Below, piece by piece: positions 1-11,330 of a DNA stretch of 62,000 bases. The notes beneath the pieces are model-generated. The model did not search any database and was not told the origin of the DNA. It was given only the letters and a program-made list of their open reading frames with translations. The stretch is from the NCBI GenBank assembly GCA_951406725.2, contig OX597814.1, positions 169,156,001 to 169,218,000 on the forward strand. The letters run 5' to 3'. The first letter of the stretch is position 1. Each line of letters starts with the position of its first letter. The stretch is from Octopus vulgaris (lineage: Eukaryota). The translations under genes were made by a program, and so were the position numbers.

Positions 1-279
1 AATACTGTTTGCTGCTTCTCTGGTGGTTGCACTTAATTAATAAACACACTAAACTGAAATAATCCTAGTTATTGCTATTACAGTCTGGCAAAGTTCTGGA
101 ACCATAGATATCATAGGAATGAATTTCTGTGCTCTACTCCCGGAACAGACAGGCCAACCAGTGCTTTAAAATCAGCACACTTGATTGACTGACAATGTAT
201 GCAGTATCTTACAGCTAGCCAATAGAGAACAGCCTGTATTTGTGATGCATAAACTGAAGGCACACTCACATACAATGTT

Positions 280-965
280 ATCATCATCATCATCGTTTAA
301 CATCTGCTTTCCATGCTAGCATGGGTTGGACAATTTGACTGAGGGCTGGCGAACCAGGTTGTTGCACCAGGCTCCAATCTTGATCTAGCAGAGTTTCTAC
401 AGCCGGATGCCCTTCCTAACGCCAACCACTCCGAGAGTGTAGTGGGTGCTTTTATGTGCCACCGGCACTGGGGCCAGTCAGGCAGTACTGGCAACAACCT
501 TGCTCGAATCGTTTTACACATGCCACCGGCACAGGTGCCAGTAAGGCGATGCTGGTAATGATCATGCTTAAATGGTGCCTCTTGTGTGCCACCGGCATGG
601 AAGCCAGTTAGCTGCTCTGACAATGATCATGCTCAGATGGTGCTCTTAGCACCCTACTAGCACAGGGCTTGAGTGCCAGTAAGGCAACGCTGGTAACGAT
701 CACACTCAAATGGTGCCTTTTATGTGCCACTGGCACGGAAGCTAGTTAGCCACTCTGGCAATGATCACGCTTGGATGTTGCTCTTAGCACCCTACTAGCA
801 CGGGGCTCAAGTGCCAGTAAGGTGACGCTGATAACGATCACACTCGAATGGTGCCTTTTATGTGTCACTGGCACGCAAGCCGGTTAGCCGCTCTGTCAAC
901 GATCACACTCGTATGGTGCTCTTTGCACCCTGCTAGCACGGACACTAGTCATCGAATTTGATATG
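280..965 (-). mobile_element. 5'-truncated RTE-type LINE 3' end or tail-sharing SINE, with internal tandem modules
   Basis: (CAT)n-CGTTTAACATCTGCTTTCCATGCTAGCATGGGTTGGAC terminus matches the 3' end of the RTE element at 9052; GTGCCACCGGCAC modules repeated. Confidence 0.8.
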
Positions 966-983
966 GATATGTATCAGTGACAG

Positions 984-1275
984 CATGTGGCTTAATGATT
1001 AGAATATTCGACATATGATTCTAAGGTCATGGGTTCAATTTCCGGCGGTGCATTGTGCCACATTTTATTTTCTGTTGCTCTTGTCCACTCAGCTGGCAAA
1101 AGTGATTTGTTCATGTATTTCAAAGGGCCAGCCTTGTTATACTGAATCTCCCTGAAGACTACACGAAGGGTACACATGTCTGTGTAGTGCTCCACCGCTT
1201 GCATGTTAATTCCACCAGCAGGCTGTTCTGTTGATTGGATCAACTGGAACCATCATCGTCATAACTGATGGAGTG
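984..1275 (+). mobile_element. tRNA-derived SINE (family F, CORE-like middle)
   Basis: Degenerate A box TGGCTTAATG and B box GGTTCAATTTCC; body matches 30600-30860. Confidence 0.6.
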
Positions 1276-1315
1276 TAAGTAGAATGTGTATGCATGCAGA
1301 TATGCAGCTATATAT

Positions 1316-1353
<38 letters not shown>

Positions 1354-1389
1354 CTTTACGAGAGTGTATTAAGATTAAGTAAACATTTA

Positions 1390-1607
1390 TTCTTTTATTT
1401 GTTTCAGTCATTTGACTGTGTCCATGCTGGGGTACCGCCTTTAGTTGAGCAAATCAAGCCCAGGGCTTATTCTTTGAAACCTGGTACTTATTCTTATCAG
1501 TCTCTTTTGCTGTGAACATACCAGCATCGGTTGTCAAGTGATGTTGGGATTACAAACACAGATGCACAAACATACACCCACATATATATGTGTACATATC
1601 TATCTAC

Positions 1608-1672
<65 letters not shown>

Positions 1673-2085
1673 AATCTATCTATCTATCTGTCTGTCTGTC
1701 TATATCGCTTCTATTTTCTTTCCTCCACCTCACTCTCTATTTTGTATCCTATCTAAATTAACTTTTACTTAACCATCCTCTCACACCATCTCTGATGAAG
1801 AGATATAATTAATAAATATCCTGGAAACAGCTGTAAGACTTTATATCTATAAATGTTCTAATACCTACACAGCCTTGGTTTTTTATTATTACGCAAAAAA
1901 TTCTTATATATATATATATACGATGAGTTTACTTTCAGTTTCTGTCTGCCAAATCCACTCACAAGGCATTGGTTGGCCTGAGGCTATAGTAGAAGACACT
2001 TGCCCAAGGTGCCATGCAGTGAGACTGAGCCCGGAACCATGTGGTTGGTAAGCAAGCTACTTACCACACAGCCACTCTTGCACCT
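1390..2085 (-). mobile_element. tRNA-derived SINE (family A) split at its internal microsatellite by an insertion
   Basis: 3' part at 1390-1575 and 5' head at 1918-2085 match intact copies at 28617 and 36186; (TATC)n and a hammerhead-bearing segment lie between. Confidence 0.75.
1789..1838 (+). ncRNA. Minimal type I hammerhead ribozyme (Penelope-type)
   Basis: tct-CTGATGA-..GATAT/ATATC..-GAAA-C-AGCT-G-TA|aga; palindromic stem III, 3-bp stem I. Confidence 0.65.
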
Positions 2086-2888
2086 ATTTATGAATTGAAT
2101 TTAATAAACTTCATCAAAAATGCATTTATAATATCCACACAATAACTTGAGCAAACGCTTACTACTTCTTTGCTGATTTGATGCTAGTCCATTTCTGTTC
2201 CTGAATTTCGTTTGCTATCCAACTGAAATGTATAACTTTGTGTAATATCATACTTACTTGTATCTATGGATAGCTTTAAGCTGTCATTGGATAATTGTAA
2301 GCTATCTTTTAGCTTTTGTTCTAACAGACATGTGAATGATAAGTCTTTCCTGTATATGCACATGACCAAGTATATAAATCGTTCATAAATTTTCTAAAGA
2401 AGCAATTTAACATGTTTTGTTGTATTTTCTTAAGGATTGTTATTATTATTTTTTTTTTGTATGTGTTTCTAGCTGTCTTTCATTCATTTTCCAACACAAA
2501 ACTCACTTACAGCACAACATTTATTCTCTTCAGCATACATGATAACATGCTACTTAAACTGAGCCTCATAATTTTTGTCTTTTTATATTAGAGCTCATGC
2601 TTTAGCAGCTACTCATCTATTTTTTCTACCGGAAATATAATGAAGTTTTGCAACACTTTTGCTAACAAACCTATGTATACACAGGTGAAAAGTTTAGTTT
2701 AGATTGATATGAACAATATAACAGACATTGTCATTACATGCTCCTTTTGTTTTATAATAAAACCAAATACTCTGAAAGTGGTTATGTTTGTTTTCATCTA
2801 ACATCATCAGCATATAGACTGTGTAATAATATGACCAACTTGCTTTAGATACTTAATTATTTGCGGCAGGTGAGTGATGGTATATGTA

Positions 2889-3446
2889 TTGGGTTGCTCG
2901 GAAAGTTCGTGCCGATTTATAGTAGCTTACTGTTCAACTTATTTTAGAACATGGTTGATTCCATAAAATAGGATTTGACTACACCTCCATTTAGAGCACA
3001 GTTTAAGCTATCTTTTCGTGGAAGAAGGTTTATGTTCCTATAACCTGTGTTAATTCTGTAACCTTTAAAATGGAAGATAAGAAAGTTCATTTTCGGCACT
3101 TCATGCTTTGGGAACCAGACAAAAATTGCTGCAGCTTGGCTAGGATGTGTTACCCCACCCTCACCAGATATTGTTCCTTCGGATTTTCACTTATTCAGGT
3201 CTCTGCAGAATAGTCTTAATGGTAAAACTTTCAATTCCTTGGATGACATAAAAAGATACCTTGATGAATTGTTTGACATGAAACCACCTCAATTCTGGGA
3301 AGAGGGTATTTTCAAGTTAAAGGAAAGATGGAGACGCATTGTGCAACAAAATGGTTCATATTTGGTTGATTAAAAATGTAATGGTAAGTATTTATTTACC
3401 TTTTCCTTTCCTTTAAAAATTGGCATGAACTTTTCGGACAACCCAA
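2889..3446 (+). mobile_element. Non-autonomous mariner (internal deletion derivative)
   Basis: TIRs TTGGGTTG..GAAAGTTC / GAACTTTTCGGACAACCCAA, TA on both sides, transposase N- and C-terminal remnants; sister copy at 16940. Confidence 0.9.
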
Positions 3447-3620
3447 TACTACTGTGTGCTGCAAATTTCAGGCCTGGAGTGAAGTTTAGATGATTTACAG
3501 GCAGTTTTTCATGCCCATGTACAAATAGCATGGGTATTATACTTATCATGCAAAAACATAACTTTATTATAATAATTTGAATGCTTAGTTATACATTAGT
3601 TAACTTGGACAATAGATATA

Positions 3621-3818
3621 CAGTACTTAATGTCATATAAGACACATTCCCTTTTTTTTGCCAAAGAAAATCTCCGAAAACACACCCTGGTTTCTATGTG
3701 TCTAGTTGGGTCTGTATGTCATGCATTAAGGCAATAAATCTTTTTTTCCCTGAATATGCACTGCTGAAATTGAGATGCATTTAATGTATCTGTGCATCTT
3801 TTATGCCATCAAGTACAG
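3621..3818. mobile_element. Tc2/pogo-like MITE, decayed
   Basis: Imperfect ~26-bp TIRs (CAGTACTTAATGTCATATAAGACAC / GTGCATCTTTTATGCCATCAAGTACAG) flanked by TA. Confidence 0.5.
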
Positions 3819-4223
3819 TAACTTCCTTCTGGTCATGCTGTCAGAATTATGGCTACACACTTGGAACCAGGTAAACAATAGGTAACATTTAATTCTTGTG
3901 TATATGCACATGTGTAATGTACAATACACACTTCTGGAAAAAGTGACTATTGTACATGGTTATCATGTTTGGTTTCAAGTTGGCTCATGAACTCAAAACT
4001 GCAGTGAGCATTTTCATCCATCTCCCCACAATACTTATCTCATTTTACTACCTTACAATACACAGACATTCCTTCAGTTCATTCATTTATCTTCTGTCTA
4101 CTTTGTCTACGAATAACTGCTAGCATTAATTTCTTTACGTAGAAAGGAAGGAATTTCAACCATGTTTCATGGTCTGCTACCACAACAGCTCCTTTATAGG
4201 ATCTAGTTCACTCAAGACATCAT

Positions 4224-4316
4224 CCAGAGGAACCACGTCCAGTTTCGCCCCCTACTCCTCTACCGTTTTGATGTGGTGGGCCCCCGCCCCTCTTTCGGGG
4301 GTGTCTTCAGCTCTGG
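4224..4316 (-). ncRNA. Hammerhead-like motif with long loop II, stem III damaged
   Basis: CCAGAG/CTCTGG 6-bp stem I, CTGAAGA, CCCCC/GGGGG stem II, CGAAA. Confidence 0.5.
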
Positions 4317-4397
4317 TGTTGGGTGCATGTCTTCTTTCTTCTTCTTTCTTCTGTTCCCTGGCCTCTTTGATGTAGCATCAATGAGTGTCAGCGGGCG

Positions 4398-4558
4398 ACT
4401 GACTGTCTTGTCAAATTTCCCTTTAAATACCTGCTGCTAGGCTCCAGCAGGCAGCCCCAGCAAGTTGTCATGTAACAGTGTCTCAACTTTAACTGACCAA
4501 TGAAGGTGCGTAGTCTTAGCCCAGGCATTCTCTAAATGAGACCGTCACCTGTCAATCA
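4398..4558 (-). promoter_or_regulatory. Pol II core promoter-like module, probably element-borne
   Basis: TATTTAAA (4429-4422) 29 nt upstream of the A of Inr TCAGT (4400); ATTGG at 4501-4497; TGATTGACAG at 4558-4549. Confidence 0.4.
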
Positions 4559-4924
4559 GCGAAGCTAATTCAGTGTCAGCTTGTCTCACCTAGTGATGTT
4601 ATTTTCTTGCTGGTATGTTATGACTTTCAAGCCATTTTTGGTCTTCCCGCTTCAGTCACTCAATCCCTACCCTTTTACTGTACCCTTTATCTCATGTGCT
4701 CTTTCTGTTGAATTATGCCCTAAGTCTGTCTGAATTATGTTTTCATGGATGACAAACCAATCATACACTTTTAGTTATCTACCATCCATTGTTCAATCAA
4801 TTACATTGTGTAACACTATTTTTGTCCTTGAGTAGCAACTGTTATTTCCTACTTGCTTACCTCTAGAAAGTATGAAAAATTGCTAATATTTCCTTCAAAC
4901 TTTGCTTCTATTACATTTATTCAA

Positions 4925-5090
4925 ACCCCAAAGAATCCCTCTCATTGCATGGCTATGATGTTCTCTCACTATCCCTGTTCATCAGCAGAGATACACATAT
5001 TATCAGCCATTAAGGGGCATGCTGAAGTGGTTAAGGTCAAGTAACTGACAAGCAAATCTGTGGTATTGAGCAGAATATTTGCTATAACAA
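4925..5090 (-). mobile_element. Fragment of interspersed repeat family D (putative LINE 3' UTR)
   Basis: Similar to 19230-19385 and 30010-30160. Confidence 0.6.
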
Positions 5091-5112
5091 TATTTCTGCT
5101 CCATTCTGCTAT

Positions 5113-5345
5113 AAGGCGGCAAGCTGGCAGAAACATTAGCATGCCGGACGGAATGCTTAGCGGTATTTCGTCTGCCACTATGTTCTGAGTTCAAATTCTG
5201 CCAAGGTCGTCTTTGCCTTTCATCCCTTTCAGGGTCGATAAATTAAGTACTAGTTACACACTGGGGTCGATGTAATCGACTTAATCCCTTTATCTGTCCT
5301 TGTTTGTCCCCTCTATATTTAGCCCCTTGTGAGCAATAAAGAAAT
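5113..5345 (+). mobile_element. tRNA-related SINE (family B)
   Basis: GGCGGCAAGCTGGCAGAAAC head, GAGTTCAAATTC B box; more than 15 copies in the window. Confidence 0.85.
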
Positions 5346-5391
5346 AAATATTTCTGCTTCAGCAACTGAATGCTAAATCTGTCTGAAATAA

Positions 5392-5535
5392 TCATCACCA
5401 TTTAACATCTACCTTCCATGCTGGCATGGGTTGGTTGGTTTGATAGGGGCCGGCCAGGCAGAAGCTTGCACCAGACCTCTGTGTCTGTTTTAGCAACATT
5501 TTTATAGCTGGATGTATTTCCTGACACCAACCACC
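5392..5535 (-). mobile_element. Short RTE-type 3' end
   Basis: CATCACCATTTAACATC..CCATGCTGGCATGGGTTGG terminus. Confidence 0.6.
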
Positions 5536-5760
5536 CAGCACTAAATGCAATGGAAAACAGATTAGTTTCAAAGCATTGATGTCCAGGTGACAAAAGCAAA
5601 GTTTGAAGGGAATAGTAGTCATTTCCTTTGATTTCTTGATAGAAGCAAATAGGAAATAACACTTACTGATGAAAGACAAAAAAAGGAAAACTTTTATTAC
5701 ACTGTATTATATGCTCCTACCCATCTACTGATGTGGTAAGTGGTCTATGATCTTGTTTAT

Positions 5761-5808
5761 ACTATCTGATGAAGCAACATGATGTTGGGGAAACTCCAGA
5801 GTAGCTAT
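5761..5808 (+). ncRNA. Decayed hammerhead-like motif
   Basis: CTGATGA, CAACA/TGTTG stem II, GAAA, CTC/GAG stem III, GTA; stem I does not pair. Confidence 0.35.
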
Positions 5809-6834
5809 CAACTGGATAAGTCAAAGCAAAGTGTGTCTGTATGTGTGTGTATATATGTATATGCATAATCAAAGGAATGGAAAAACAGAAAAAAATTCTG
5901 CTGAAGAAAACTTAATAGTATTAACAATGACAACATTACATAGCAATGACTAAAAGGAATTTCAAAAGTCACTTTTACAACCACAGTTCATTCCTCTGAA
6001 ATGAAGAAACGAGGAACTATATATGGTAAATTAAAGACAATGAAATTAATAATTTTAATGCCTTTTGAACAATACTGAATTCACAGAAACCATGCACCAG
6101 TGATTCCAATGTGCTTCAGAGTTTTTCATTCTAAATTAACTTGTGACCTCAAATGATTACTTAAATAAGAGATCTGAATGTTCACCAAATGCAGACATAT
6201 TAAGAAATTCCTTCTGGCTATTTTTAATTGAACAATAGAATTCAATTAATTGCATAACACACTACTGTTGATTTCTGTACGTGTATTTATGGGCATGTGC
6301 CAACATAAACCTCTTATCCAACAGCCTCTTCTGCTGCCATCACACCACGTACATTACATGCTAAACAGGAATTGATTATATGCTGCCTCAGATAAAGAAT
6401 TCTTGAGTAAACACACCGTTCTAGAGAAAATCTTCATTCTGCTAAATATTGCATCAGCAGAATGCAATATTTAGCAGGAAATGTAAATTCATTCATTAAA
6501 AAAACCCCCGCTAACATCTCTCTCTTTCTCTCTCACAATCTATCTATCTACCTATCTATCTGTCGGCCTGTCTGTCTATTATTTATCATCTATCTGTCCG
6601 CCTAACGATCCCTATTGATCAATTTTTTTCCTCTCCCCCTTTTTTTTACCCCCCCCCCTTTTTTGTCCTCTTTCTCTCCCTTTATGATCCCTTTTGATCG
6701 ACCCGCCCTTTTTTATTTTTATTTTTATTTTTTATTTTTTTTACCTTCAAAAGAAAAGCTCTACCTTGTAATTTGTTCTATCTGTGTGCAGCCCTGTGTG
6801 GCTAATAAAGAAACATATCTACCTGTCTGCCTAT

Positions 6835-6873
6835 CTTATCCTATCCTATCTATCTATCTGTCTGTCTGTCTGT

Positions 6874-6967
<94 letters not shown>

Positions 6968-6995
6968 GCCTGTCTATCTACCTGCCTGTCTGTCT
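6835..6995. repeat. Compound (TATC)(TGTC)(TGCC)n microsatellite
   Basis: Seen directly. Confidence 0.95.
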
Positions 6996-7131
6996 GTCAT
7001 TACCCTTCCCTTCTGCTTCCCCACCTCTTCCATTATTCTTCTCAATGCTGTTCCCTCTGTTATTCCCTCCACTACTATCTTCGTGCAACAATAAATCCCT
7101 TTCTTCCTTCATGTCTTTTATTATCATTTAC

Positions 7132-7490
7132 TTGTTTTAGTCATTAGACTCTGGCCACACTGTGGCACTGCCTTGAACAATTTTATTTGAATTAATCAAC
7201 CCAGTACTTATTTATTATTATTTCAAAGTCTGGTACTTATTCTACTGGTCTCCTTAGCTGAACTACTAAGTTATAGGGATGTAAACACACCAACACTGGT
7301 TGTCAAGCAGTGGTAGGACATGGGGACGCACACACACATACACACACACGGGCTGCTTTCAGTTTCCTTCTTCCGTATCCACTCACAAGGTTTTGGTCAG
7401 CCTAAGTCACTTGCCCAAGGTGACATGCTATGGAACTGAACCCAGAACCTTGTGGTTGGGAAGCAAGCTTCTTACCATACAACCCTGCCT
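7132..7490 (-). mobile_element. SINE family A
   Basis: Reverse-complement match to 28617-29040. Confidence 0.75.
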
Positions 7491-7639
7491 GTACTTATGT
7501 GTATAAATGGTTAAATTATGCTTTAAAACCACGATTTGGGGTTCAAATTCTCTATGTGGCAATTTGAGAAATTATTTCCAAGTTCAGGGTGAACCAAAAT
7601 CTTGTGAGTGGATTGGTAGTTGGAAACTAAAAAAGGGCC

Positions 7640-7880
7640 CATCTTATTTTGCAAGTGCACATGTGCTATGATTGTGTCCCTTGTCTTGACCATGTGTGAT
7701 CGTTTTAAAACTAACATCACCATCATAAAACGGTGTCCTTTGTTTCCAGTCTTCCATGAAAACATACCTAACCAAAGGGGCTTACTTTGGAAATAGGTAG
7801 GGGTTGGTAATAGGAGGGAGAAACAGCTGTAGAAAATCTGGTTCAACAAATTCCGTCTGACCCATACAAATATGGAATAC
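7640..7880 (+). mobile_element. Decayed SINE with RTE-type tail
   Basis: Ends GTAGAAAATCTG..TCTGACCCAT; similar to 56620-56690 and 57000-57135. Confidence 0.45.
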
Positions 7881-8094
7881 ATATTTATATACACACGCAT
7901 ATAGACTTTATATTTATACATTTTATATTTCTATGTGCACATATACACATACATATTTATTTATATAAATTTTATACACACACACATGCATGTCTGTATA
8001 TATGTATGTACACACATATATATCATATCTGAGATTTAAAAGAACTGAATAACATTTAATTCTCATGCATATGCATCCTTAAATTTTGCTTATA

Positions 8095-8188
8095 AACCTG
8101 GAAAAAAAAGTTTGTTTCCATGATTTTGTTTTTGTTTTCGTTTCTCATAGTGTTCAAAATTTTTTGGGTGTCCTGTACCCATATATGC

Positions 8189-8223
<35 letters not shown>

Positions 8224-9045
8224 TGTAGGTATGAACATATATGTATATATGCATATATTTATATATTATTTATGTTATTTTATGATCGAACACCACGCAT
8301 CCATTTCCAAGTAAGTTTTATCTTAATAATTATGATGCACACTCTTAACTTTTACTAATTCTCCTCTGTCTGTCTCTCTCCCTCTCTTGTTCTTCATCCT
8401 TTCTGGTTTTCTCTCCCACCCTTCCCTATTCTTCTCCTCTCCCTTTCACCGTTCCCTCTCTCTCACTCCTCCTCCTCCCTCTCATCACTGACACGTGACC
8501 AGACGGAAGCCATCTTTCCGACTGCTATCTTCAACAAGTCAAGACGGCTTATCCCGTCCTTCTCATAAGCTGTCTCCTCTATGCATTCAAAATAATTTTT
8601 CCATCGTCTTGGCTTAACAGCTCTCATCATTTGTTTTTACTGTGTTATTCCCCGTGTCCTGTCTTCTACTGTTTTTATTTTTATTGTTTTACTGTCTTGT
8701 TTTGCTTTTACTGTCCTGTTCTTGTTACCACTTTTACCCCTCCACAAAAAATCCCAAATTTTATTTAATTTGCTTTGCAGGAAGGCCTCTTTCAACGAAG
8801 TCGCGTCTTGTCCTTACCTTCAAAACGCGGAGTAGACGAAACAGGGACAACTGAAGAAGGGGACTATTCCTTATGTTGTATGTCTTGTACTCTGTTCTTT
8901 CGTTGTTTGAAAAATAGTTCGTTTCTGTGTTTTTGTTTTTATGTTTTCGTTTCTCATTGTGTTCAACGTTTTTTTTTGTGTCCTGTACCCATATATGCAT
9001 GTATATATACATATAGATGTAGGTATGTACATATAAGTATGTATA
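8095..9045 (+). mobile_element. Penelope-type non-autonomous element: ~120-bp direct repeats around an intron-like segment
   Basis: Direct repeats 8120-8240 and 8925-9040; donor CAA|GTAAGT at 8311, acceptor TTTGCAG| at 8780; CTGAAGA plus hairpin at 8851 with GAAA lost. Confidence 0.45.
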
Positions 9046-9199
9046 TATGCATCATCATCATCATCATCATCATCATTTAACGTCCGCTTTCCATGCTAGC
9101 ATGGGTTGGACGGTTCAACTGGGGTCTGGGGAGCCCGAAGGCTGCACCAGGCCAGTCAGATCTGGCAGTGTTTCTACAGCTGGATGCCCTTCCTAACGC

Positions 9200-11330
9200 C
9201 AACCACTCCGAGAGTGTAGTGGGTGATTTTATGTGCCACCGACACAGGTGCCAGACGAGGCTGGCGAACGGCCACGCTCGGATGGTGTTTTTATGTGCCA
9301 CCGACACAGGTGCCAGACGAGGCTGGCGAACGGCCACGCTCGGATGGTGTTTTTATGTGCCACCGACACAGGTGCCAGACGAGGCTGGCGAACGGCCACG
9401 ATCGGATGGTGTTTCTTACGTGCCCACAGCACGGAGGCCAGTCGATGCGGTACTGGCTACGGCCACGTTCGGATGGCTTTCTTGTGTGCCACCGGCACTG
9501 GTACCACAAAGATACAAATTCCATTGATGTTCATCTATTTTGATTTGATTTGATTTGATTTTCACTTGCCTCAACAGGTCTTCACAAGTGTCACAAGAAG
9601 GAAGGAAGGTATGCACAGGTGAACTGACAACGTCCCAGGTAGGGGACCACGGGTTATGGCCTGACTAGTCTTGCCGGGTCTTCGGATGATGTTTTTATGT
9701 GCCTCCGACACAGGTGCCAGATGGATGGTGTTTGTTACGTGCCCACAGCACGGAGGCCAGTCGATGCGGTACTGTCTACGGCCACGTTCGGATGGTTTTC
9801 TTGTGTGCCACCGGCACTGGTACCACAAAGATACAAATTCCATTGATGTTCATCTATTTTGATTTGATTTGATTTCATTTGATTTGATCACTTGTCTCAA
9901 CAGGTCTTCACAAGTGTCACAAGAAGGAAGGTATGCACAGGCGGACTGACTACGTCCCAGGTAGGGGCCACGGGTTATGGCCTGACTAGTCTTGCTGGGT
10001 CTTCAGATCATGTTTTTATGTGCCTCCGACACAGGTGCCAGATGGATGGTGTTTGTTACGTGCCCACAGCACGGAGGCCAGTCGATGCGGTACTGTCTAC
10101 GGCCACGTTCGGATGGTTTTCTTGTGTTCCACCGGCCCTGGTACCACAAAGATACAAATTCCATTGATGTTCATCTATTTTGATTTGTTTTGATTTGATC
10201 ACTTGCCTCAACAGGTCTTCACAAGTGTCACAAGAAGGAAGGTATGCACAGGCGGACTGACTACGTCCCAGGTAGGGGCCACGGGTTATGGCCTGACTAG
10301 TCTTGCCGGGTCTTCAGATGGTGTTTTTACGTGCCACCGACACAGGTGCCAGATGAGGCTGGCGAACGGCCACGATCGGATGGTGTTTGTTATGAGCCCA
10401 CAGCACAGAGGCCAGTCGATGCGGTACTGTCTACGGCCACGTTCGGATGGTTTTCTTGTGTGCCACCGGCACTGGTACCACAAAGATACAAATTCCATTG
10501 ATGTTCATCTATTTTGATTTGATTTGATTTGATTTGATCACTTGCCTCAACAGGTCTTCACAAGTGTCACAAGAAGGAAGGTATGCAGGCGGACTGACTA
10601 CGTCCCAGGTAGGGGCCACGGGTTATGGCCTGACTAGTCTTGCCGGGTCTTCAGATGGTGTTTTTACGTGCCACCGACACAGGTGCCAGATGAGGCTGGC
10701 GAACGGCCACGATCGGATGGTGTTTGTTATGAGCCCACAGCACAGAGGCCAGTCGATGCGGTACTGTCTACGGCCACGTTCGGATGGTTTTCTTGTGTGC
10801 CACCGGCACTGGTACCACAAAGATACAAATTCCATTGATGTTCATCTATTTTGATTTGATTTGATTTGATTTGATCACTTGTCTCAACAGGTCTTCACAA
10901 GTGTCACAAGAAGGGAGGTATGCACAGGTGGACTGACTACGTCCCAGGTAGGGGCCACGGGTTATGGCCTGACTAGTCTTGCCGGGTCTTCGGATGGTGT
11001 CTTTATGTGCCACCGACACAGGTGCCAGATGAGGCTGGCGAACGGCCACGATCGGATGGTGTTTGCTATGTGCCCACAGCACGGAGGCCAGTCAATGCGG
11101 CACTGGCTACGGCCACGTTCGGATGGTTTTCTTGTGTGCCACCGGCACTGGTAACAAAGATACAAATTCCATTGATGATCATCTATTTTATTTTGATTTT
11201 CACTTTCACTTGCCTCAACAGGTCTTCACAAGTGTCACAAGAAGGAAGGTATGCACAGGTGGACTGACTACGTCCCAGGTAGGGGCCACGGGTTATGGCC
11301 TGACTACTCTTGCCGGGTCTTCTCATGCAC
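9200..11330 (-). repeat. Tandem array of the RTE 3' UTR: five full 319-337 bp units plus partial, and 3 x 62-bp modules
   Basis: Marker GATACAAATTCC at 9511, 9830, 10151, 10485, 10822, 11159; 62-bp period at 9234, 9296, 9358. Confidence 0.95.

Noticed and set aside
2158-2320. Two minus-strand exons joined by a canonical-looking 35-nt intron (2223-2257)
   Set aside because: The only open upstream frame meets a stop after the junction and the intron is unusually short
2847-2875. ILNYLRQ before a GTGAGT donor, recalling a KCTD/BTB motif
   Set aside because: Only 21 nt, with no surrounding BTB sequence
9200-11330. CRISPR-like or protein-coding repeat array (many overlapping ORFs)
   Set aside because: Units have no unique spacers and lie in the 3' UTR of a LINE; the ORFs are by-products of GC-rich repeats
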